A stretch of 64,000 bases of DNA. It comes from Actinomycetota bacterium. GTDB lineage: Bacteria; Actinomycetota; Acidimicrobiia; Actinomarinales; Actinomarinaceae. Numbering within the stretch: the first letter of the stretch is position 1; each line of letters opens with the position of its first letter. The stretch spans positions 8,239 through 72,238 of the forward strand of contig JAQCEB010000002.1 in the NCBI GenBank assembly GCA_027729925.1, given 5' to 3'. Made by a program: the position numbers and the translations under genes. Positions 58,911-64,000 of the stretch are shown here, in pieces. Under the pieces are notes generated by a model. It had not been told where the DNA came from. It saw nothing but the letters and a program-made list of their open reading frames with translations, and searched no databases.

Positions 58911-59712
58911 ATTTAGGGTCTCTTTTTTCTAAAAATGCTAACACGCCTTCTTTCAAGTCATCAGAAATCAAAAAACTAGTATTCCATAACCTGACGTACT
59001 CTAGAGCCTGTTCAGTTGTTAAATCCTCGCCTTTATCTAGTACTTGCTTTACACCTCTAATAACATTTGTTGAGTTTTGAGAAATTTCTTCGGCTAAAAG
59101 TTGTCCCGCTTCAAATAAATCTTCTTTACTTTCATAAGTTGAATTAACAAATCTAATCTTTTCAGCATATACTCCGTCAAATACTTTTCCAGTAAACGCT
59201 AGCTCTCTAACGTCACCTTTTGAAACTATCTTTGGCATTCGTTGTAGGATTCCAACATCGGCAACAAGACCTAGTTTGGACTCTCCAATAGAAAATTTTG
59301 CATCTTTTGTAGAGAGCCGAATATCACATGCTGAAATAAGGTTTGTTGCCCCGCCTAAACAATACCCATGTGCTAAAGCAATAACAGGAACTTCACTTTT
59401 AGAAAATTCTGTAAATGCATCTTGCATCTTTTTAATAGAGTTCATTAGTTTTTTTCTCTCTTTAGTGTTGGAAGTTAAATCTTCATTTATCTCAAAATTT
59501 GTCATAAATGTTGTTATATCTATACCGGAAGAAAAAGAATCTCCTTTTCCAGCAATAACTATACAATTTACTTCTTCTGTTTCATTTAATTCTTTAATAG
59601 CCTTTGGGAGACCAAACCAAATATCAAGATCTAGGGCGTTTTTTTTATCAGGTCTATTAATCCAAATATAACCAACTTGATTTTTAATTTCTTTAATTAA
59701 TTTCTCATCCAT
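58903..59712 (-). CDS. Enoyl-CoA hydratase/isomerase (crotonase) family protein
   Basis: Oxyanion-hole segments GKGDSFSSGID and AHGYCLGGA. Confidence 0.85.
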   Translation of the reverse strand: MDEKLIKEIKNQVGYIWINRPDKKNALDLDIWFGLPKAIKELNETEEVNCIVIAGKGDSFSSGIDITTFMTNFEINEDLTSNTKERKKLMNSIKKMQDAFTEFSKSEVPVIALAHGYCLGGATNLISACDIRLSTKDAKFSIGESKLGLVADVGILQRMPKIVSKGDVRELAFTGKVFDGVYAEKIRFVNSTYESKEDLFEAGQLLAEEISQNSTNVIRGVKQVLDKGEDLTTEQALEYVRLWNTSFLISDDLKEGVLAFLEKRDPKFN

Positions 59713-59738
59713 CTTATCTATATTAGTAAGATTGTTAG

Positions 59739-60399
59739 ATGGATGTATTTGAAGCTCTATACACTACTCGAGCGATGAGAAGTTAGTGAAGAAAAAATAC
59801 CTGAAGAAATTATTCAACAAATGGTCGATGCAGCAATTCGTGCTCCAAGTGGTTCAAATCGACAAGGGTGGAAGTTTATTGTTGTTACTGATAATGATGT
59901 TAAAAATCAATTAGGAGATGCTTATAGAGAAGCGTGGAACTTTTATGTAAAAGAATTTTATGGTGGAAGTTCAGATATGGGAGCATCGAATGTTGGAGAT
60001 ACCGAAAAAGCTCAACAAGTAAATAGAATTAGCAAATCTGCTGCATGGCTTTCTGAAAACTTTCATAAAGTACCCGCACAATTTGTAGTTTTATCTCGAA
60101 ATGATCCTACTGGTTCATCAATTTATCCAGCTATTTGGAGCATTATGTTAGCTGGTAGAGCACACGGTATCGGAACATGTTTGACTACAGTTTTGGGAAT
60201 GTTTCAACAAGAAAAAGCATTTGAAATACTTGATATTCCTAGCGACAAAGGTTGGACTATCAATGCAGTAATCACAGCAGGATATCCTTTAGGAAAATGG
60301 GGCGTTGCTGACAGAAACCCTTTAGATCAAGTTACTTATTTAAATAAATGGGGAAATGAAACAAATTGGAATGTAAATGAACCCCTTTGGAATTATTAA
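59739..60399 (+). pseudogene. Nitroreductase-family protein with a +1 frame disruption near 59781..59787
   Basis: ATG 59739 gives MDVFEALYTTRAMRS then TAG. The family continues in the +1 frame as SEEKIPEEIIQQMVDAAIRAPSGSNRQGWKFIVV... (track ORF 59821..60399). Confidence 0.6.
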
Positions 60400-60414
60400 A
60401 AAATTTTTTTAGCT

Positions 60415-60621
60415 CTAAGGATTAAAATTTATCCCCGAAGTATTAATACTATTTAATATTCTTTCTTTTTTTACTTGCTGCGTTCCAGCTTTTAAATCAA
60501 TGTCTCTACAAATAGATTCTTTAATATTTACGTCACTAGATGTACAATTTTTTTCTGTTTCAGAAAAATTTTCTCCACAGCTAAGGAGAAAAATTAGGAA
60601 GAAAAATAAAAATTTTTTCAT
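60415..60621 (-). CDS. Small putative lipoprotein
   Basis: 68 aa. Signal peptide with lipobox FLLSC. Confidence 0.4.
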   Translation of the reverse strand: MKKFLFFFLIFLLSCGENFSETEKNCTSSDVNIKESICRDIDLKAGTQQVKKERILNSINTSGINFNP

Positions 60622-60652
60622 AACATCAGTTTAGTAAAGAATTGTTTCGGAG

Positions 60653-60726
60653 CACGCCCGGAGGGAGTCGAACCCCCAACCTTCTGATCCGTAGTCAGAT
60701 GCTCTATCCAATTAAGCTACGGGCGC
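60653..60726 (-). tRNA. tRNA-Arg (anticodon ACG)
   Basis: Folds by hand as a cloverleaf: acceptor GCGCCCG/CGGGCGU, anticodon arm UCUGA-CUACGGA-UCAGA, T-loop GGGGG-UUCGACU-CCCUC. No encoded CCA. Confidence 0.9.
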
Positions 60727-60727
60727 G

Positions 60728-60817
60728 TGGCGGAGAGGGAGGGATTCGAACCCTCGAGGGAATTGCTTCCCCACTCGCTTAGCAGGCGAGCACTTTAGGC
60801 CACTCAGTCACCTCTCC
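60728..60817 (-). tRNA. tRNA-Ser (anticodon GCU), long variable arm, CCA encoded
   Basis: Acceptor GGAGAGG/CCUCUCC, anticodon arm CUCGC-CUGCUAA-GCGAG, T-arm GAGGG-UUCGAAU-CCCUC. Confidence 0.9.
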
Positions 60818-60821
60818 AAGC

Positions 60822-60910
60822 TGGCGGAGGGAGTGGGATTCGAACCCACGGTATGGAATACATACATTAGTTTTCAAGACTAACGCCTTCGTCCGCTCGG
60901 CCATCCCTCC
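60822..60910 (-). tRNA. tRNA-Ser (anticodon UGA), long variable arm, CCA encoded
   Basis: Acceptor GGAGGGA/UCCCUCC, anticodon arm UUAGU-CUUGAAA-ACUAA, T-arm GUGGG-UUCGAAU-CCCAC. Confidence 0.9.
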
Positions 60911-60923
60911 AGATGGTCTTGTG

Positions 60924-61012
60924 CGGAGGGAGAGGGATTCGAACCCTCGAAGGGGATGAACCCTTACACGCTTTCCAAGCGTGCGCACTAGGCCAGACTA
61001 TGCGATCCCTCC
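60924..61012 (-). tRNA. tRNA-Ser (anticodon GGA), long variable arm
   Basis: Acceptor GGAGGGA/UCCCUCC, anticodon arm CACGC-UUGGAAA-GCGUG, T-arm GAGGG-UUCGAAU-CCCUC. No encoded CCA. Confidence 0.9.
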
Positions 61013-61037
61013 GTATAAGTCTGAGATTCTATTGTAG

Positions 61038-61505
61038 CTATCTCTTACTTTCAAAGAAAGAGGATAATATAGCTTCAGATTCATGTGTAAGAATATTATC
61101 CTTAATCTCTACAAAATGATTCAATCTAGGATCTTGAGGAATATTGTATAAAGAATATGCAGCACCAGCTTTTAAATTTGGAGCGGCATAAATTAATGTC
61201 TTAATTCTTGAAAGCACAATAGCACCAGCGCACATAGAATCTGGTTCAAGTGTCACAGCAAGGGTGGTGCCTTCGAGTCTCCAGGTTCCTAATTTTTTTG
61301 CTGCTTCTTGTAACACTAAAATCTCAGCATGTGCGACAGGATTTTGATCAACCTCTCGTCTATTGTGATTCGAACAAATTAGTTCATCATTTGCATCAAA
61401 GATTGCAGCTCCGACTGGAATCTCATTTAAATCAAGTGCCTTTTTAGATTCTAGTAACGCAACTTCCATCTTTTCTTCATCAGATTTATACTTCATAATA
61501 TTCAT
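61038..61505 (-). CDS. tadA: tRNA-specific adenosine deaminase TadA (A34 of tRNA-Arg ACG)
   Basis: CDA-fold motifs VAHAEILVL and LEPDSMCAGA. I prefer ATG 61505 because the track start 61547 runs into tRNA-Ser(CGA). Confidence 0.8.
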   Translation of the reverse strand: MNIMKYKSDEEKMEVALLESKKALDLNEIPVGAAIFDANDELICSNHNRREVDQNPVAHAEILVLQEAAKKLGTWRLEGTTLAVTLEPDSMCAGAIVLSRIKTLIYAAPNLKAGAAYSLYNIPQDPRLNHFVEIKDNILTHESEAILSSFFESKR

Positions 61506-61512
61506 ATTACTC

Positions 61513-61599
61513 GGAGAGGTCGCATAGTCCGGTCTAGTGCGCGACACTCGAAATGTCGTGAGTCATTTGGCTCCGTGGGTTCGAATCCCACCCTCTCCG
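61513..61599 (+). tRNA. tRNA-Ser (anticodon CGA), long variable arm
   Basis: Acceptor GGAGAGG/CCUCUCC, anticodon arm CGACA-CUCGAAA-UGUCG, T-arm GUGGG-UUCGAAU-CCCAC. Confidence 0.9.
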
Positions 61600-61632
61600 C
61601 TGATAACTTTTTTTAACAAGTAAAATTGCTTG

Positions 61633-62181
61633 ATGTTTGAGTTTTTTATTTTTGCATTCGTTACTGCAATAACACCGGGTCCTAATAACTCTATGCTTAT
61701 GGCTTCTTCTCTCAAATTTGGCAAAAAGGCTTCTATTCCACATTTTCTAGGTATTTGGCTAGGATTTACATTTTTATTTTTTGTTGGTGGTTTTGCACTC
61801 TCATTTATTCCGATAAAAATTTTTGATTATCTACAATATGTTGGTTATGCAGTAATAACTTATATAGCATTCAAAGTTGCAACCACTACTACTTCTATTA
61901 GTAAAGAAAAAATTGAAAAGCCATTTACTTTTATTCAAGCATGTTTATTTCAATGGATAAACCCTAAAGGAGTGGTGATGGCAGTGTCAGGTCTGACTGC
62001 GTTTAATATTACCAGCAATCAAGGAGCACTCGTATATTTTGCGATACTACCATTCTGCGTTGGTGCTTGGCTTTTTTTGGGCGAGAGCTTGCAAAATACT
62101 TTAAAGAAAAGTGCTCTTTTTGCGAGGGTGGTATATGTATCTTTAGGGTTAAGTATGGTGGCTAGTTTATTATTAGCTTAA
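61633..62181 (+). CDS. LysE/RhtB-family amino-acid exporter
   Basis: N-terminal ITPGPNN motif and ~5 TM helices. ATG 61633 lies one codon after the track's TTG. Confidence 0.75.
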   Translation: MFEFFIFAFVTAITPGPNNSMLMASSLKFGKKASIPHFLGIWLGFTFLFFVGGFALSFIPIKIFDYLQYVGYAVITYIAFKVATTTTSISKEKIEKPFTFIQACLFQWINPKGVVMAVSGLTAFNITSNQGALVYFAILPFCVGAWLFLGESLQNTLKKSALFARVVYVSLGLSMVASLLLA

Positions 62182-63423
62182 TTTTTCAATACCCAAAATA
62201 TTGGAAAGAGACTCAGAAAACTTTACAGTTCCGTCTTCTTGCTGGTTGTTTTCGATTAAAGCAATAAGAATTCTGCCTACAGCGATTGCAGTACCATTAA
62301 GTGTGTGAATAATTTGAGTGTTTCCATCTTTTTTAGATCGAATATTTAATCTCCTAGCTTGATAGTCGGTAGTGTTTGAACACGAAGTAACCTCTCTGTA
62401 TGTGTTTTGACTTGGTATCCAAGCTTCAATATCATACTTTTTAGAAGCAGAAGCTCCTAAATCTCCTGAACAAACATCCACGACCCTGTATGGTATTTCT
62501 AGCTCTTGTAATATTTCTTCTTCGACAGATAAAATAAATTCATGTTCCTCAATTGATTTTTCAGGATCGCAAAATGAAAACATCTCAACTTTATCAAATT
62601 GGTGAACCCTAAAAATACCTGAAGTGTCTTTACCATATGTTCCTGCTTCTCTTCTAAAACAAGTTGAAAATCCTGCATATCTTATTGGAAGATTTTCTAA
62701 TGATAAAATTTCATCACTTTTTAATGCAGCTAGTGGAACTTCAGAAGTACCTACAAGATAAAGGTCATCATTTGGTATTTGATATACCTGTTCAGCATCA
62801 TCTGGAAAAAAGCCTGTACCATAAAGTGCTTTTTCTCTTACTAAAACAGGTGGTACTGTTGGGATAAACCCTTTATCGGATAACTTGTTTAATGCCCAAC
62901 TTACTAAACTAAATTCAATCTTTACAAGATCTCCGAATAAATATGAAAACCTTGAGCCTGAAACATCTGCAGCTTTTTGGACATCTATTAACCCTAGTTT
63001 TTCAGCAATTTGTAAATGATCTTTAGGATTATCTATTTTTTTTATATTTCCAACTTTTTTTATTTCTAAATTATCTTCATCCGTTTTACCAACTGGTGAT
63101 GAATCAGAAATTAAATTCGGAAGTTTTATCCACTCATCAAAAAATCTTCGATCTTTTTCTTCAACTTTATCAAAAAGTGATTTAACTTCTTCACTTAAGC
63201 TTGCAGCTTTTTCTAACATTTTTGCTTTTTCATCTACAGAGGCTGAAGCAATTAGTTTGCCGATCTCTTTTTGTTCAGCTCTTTTTTGTTCAGCTTCAAA
63301 TCTAATAGATTTTCTTTCTTCGTTAAGCTCTTCTAATTTAGATATGTCAATTTTTAAATTTCTCTTGGTTAAGCTAAGTTCTAATAAATCTATATTTTCT
63401 TTTAATAAATTAGGGTCTAACAT
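62173..63423 (-). CDS. serS: Seryl-tRNA synthetase
   Basis: N-terminal coiled-coil arm. Class II motif 2 FRREAG...FRVHQFDKVE and motif 3 LNGTAIAVGRILIALIEN. Confidence 0.95.
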   Translation of the reverse strand: MLDPNLLKENIDLLELSLTKRNLKIDISKLEELNEERKSIRFEAEQKRAEQKEIGKLIASASVDEKAKMLEKAASLSEEVKSLFDKVEEKDRRFFDEWIKLPNLISDSSPVGKTDEDNLEIKKVGNIKKIDNPKDHLQIAEKLGLIDVQKAADVSGSRFSYLFGDLVKIEFSLVSWALNKLSDKGFIPTVPPVLVREKALYGTGFFPDDAEQVYQIPNDDLYLVGTSEVPLAALKSDEILSLENLPIRYAGFSTCFRREAGTYGKDTSGIFRVHQFDKVEMFSFCDPEKSIEEHEFILSVEEEILQELEIPYRVVDVCSGDLGASASKKYDIEAWIPSQNTYREVTSCSNTTDYQARRLNIRSKKDGNTQIIHTLNGTAIAVGRILIALIENNQQEDGTVKFSESLSNILGIEKLS

Positions 63424-63425
63424 AA

Positions 63426-64000
63426 TTAACTTTCTGGAGGAATGAAACCAAATACTTCAAACAAGTTGTCATTTAAGTTTTCTTCCTTTTCTAATTCTTC
63501 TAATTTGATAAACCACTCATGTACAACACCAGGTTCAATATCAATTGCATCACTATAAAAAATTCTACTCTCTTGTGGTCCAATTGAGTTTATTTTTGCT
63601 TGTTGCTCGTGAACTGTGTCACCAAATTCATCTGTTACTAAAACTAATATAACAACATCATATGCATCTACATTACCTTCATTGGTTAACACTATTTGAA
63701 GTTCCACTTTATCATTTTGAAGAACCGAATACCCTTCTTCAGTACGAGCTAATGGGTTTGGTTTAAATTCTGCTCCTGAAATTGCTAAGTTTCTTCTTAA
63801 AAATAAACCCCCTGAACCCGACTGTGCTTTATCTACTAATAAGTCAGCAAATCGATATGAGTTATCTTCAATTCCTACATATTCAATTGTGTATAAAACA
63901 GGTAAAAAAGTTCCTTCATCTGATGAGTTTTGCTTAATCAAAAATAAAAATTCATCATATGCCCTGTCTCCGACAGAAAAATCAGCAATACTTTGTGCGA
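63426..64000 (-). CDS. Hypothetical protein, 5'-truncated by the window edge
   Basis: The track start TTG 63941 is internal; the frame stays open to base 64000 (..AQSIADFSVGDRAYDEFLFLIKQ..). No motif recognised. Confidence 0.4.
   Translation of the reverse strand, partial: AQSIADFSVGDRAYDEFLFLIKQNSSDEGTFLPVLYTIEYVGIEDNSYRFADLLVDKAQSGSGGLFLRRNLAISGAEFKPNPLARTEEGYSVLQNDKVELQIVLTNEGNVDAYDVVILVLVTDEFGDTVHEQQAKINSIGPQESRIFYSDAIDIEPGVVHEWFIKLEELEKEENLNDNLFEVFGFIPPES

Noticed and set aside
59743-59823. Reading TGA 59776..59778 as Sec to extend the nitroreductase ORF upstream (MYLKLYTLLER-U-EVSEEK..)
   Set aside because: The resulting N-terminus is not family-like. The other frame gives the canonical MDVFEALYTTRAMRS start, so a frame disruption explains the data better than recoding.
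60728-61599. Possibility that one of the four long-variable-arm tRNAs is tRNA-Sec (selC)
   Set aside because: The anticodon loops read GCU, UGA, GGA and CGA, and none is UCA. Acceptor stems are the normal 7 bp. selC must lie outside the window.
60779-61743. ORFs 60779..60988(-), 60913..61119(+) and 61534..61743(-)
   Set aside because: They are translations through tRNA genes (Gly/Arg/Glu-rich 'GFES/RGFE' strings from T-arms) and are not coding.
1-64000. CRISPR arrays, insertion sequences, integrases next to the tRNA cluster, toxin-antitoxin pairs, restriction-modification or other defence islands
   Set aside because: I found no direct-repeat arrays, no transposase, integrase or recombinase-like ORFs, and no compositional island. 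Every ORF over 100 aa is accounted for as a housekeeping or membrane protein.

Overview
This is an AT-rich, very gene-dense chromosomal segment. Most intergenic gaps are under 60 nt and there are many 1-8 nt start/stop overlaps. It looks like a genome-streamlined Actinobacterium. The lineage markers I can read are a dnaK-grpE-dnaJ-hspR operon, the actinobacterial mini ribosomal protein bS22, a PAC2 protein, Lnt, and a membrane HdrD-like Fe-S reductase. Content is almost entirely housekeeping: glyoxylate shunt (aceA), NAD, purine, proline and aspartate-family biosynthesis, chaperones, an AapJQMP-type amino-acid ABC transporter, copZ/copA, dnaX, serS, tadA and five tRNAs. I saw no CRISPR array, transposase, integrase, prophage or recognisable defence genes.

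The most interesting layer is selenium. The organism recodes UGA as selenocysteine, and two selenoprotein genes are broken or missing in the ORF track:
- selD has a Sec codon at 12911..12913.
- An unlisted 78-aa SelW/Rdx-type gene (CVVU motif, 42037..42273) has its UGA in the loop of a perfect 9-bp hairpin. Its stop overlaps the start of a TauE/SafE anion permease.
- selD is start/stop-coupled to an alpha/beta hydrolase and a GT4 glycosyltransferase. This may be a SenB/SenC-like selenosugar route that lacks SenA.

A second candidate novelty is a pair of paralogous ~65-aa C-x4-C-x12-C-x2-H proteins. One heads the HspR-controlled dnaK operon behind a HAIR-like palindrome. The other is a self-contained unit (TGTGA-N6-TCACA site plus terminator) just upstream of copZA.

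Other observations:
- Two +1 frame disruptions, one in a cupredoxin/beta-helix gene and one in a nitroreductase.
- An A9 slippery run in the dnaX linker.
- A TadA with PDxxC in place of PCxxC.
- A tadA/tRNA-Arg(ACG)/four-tRNA-Ser/serS cluster.

All calls come from reading motifs by eye. No database search was run.
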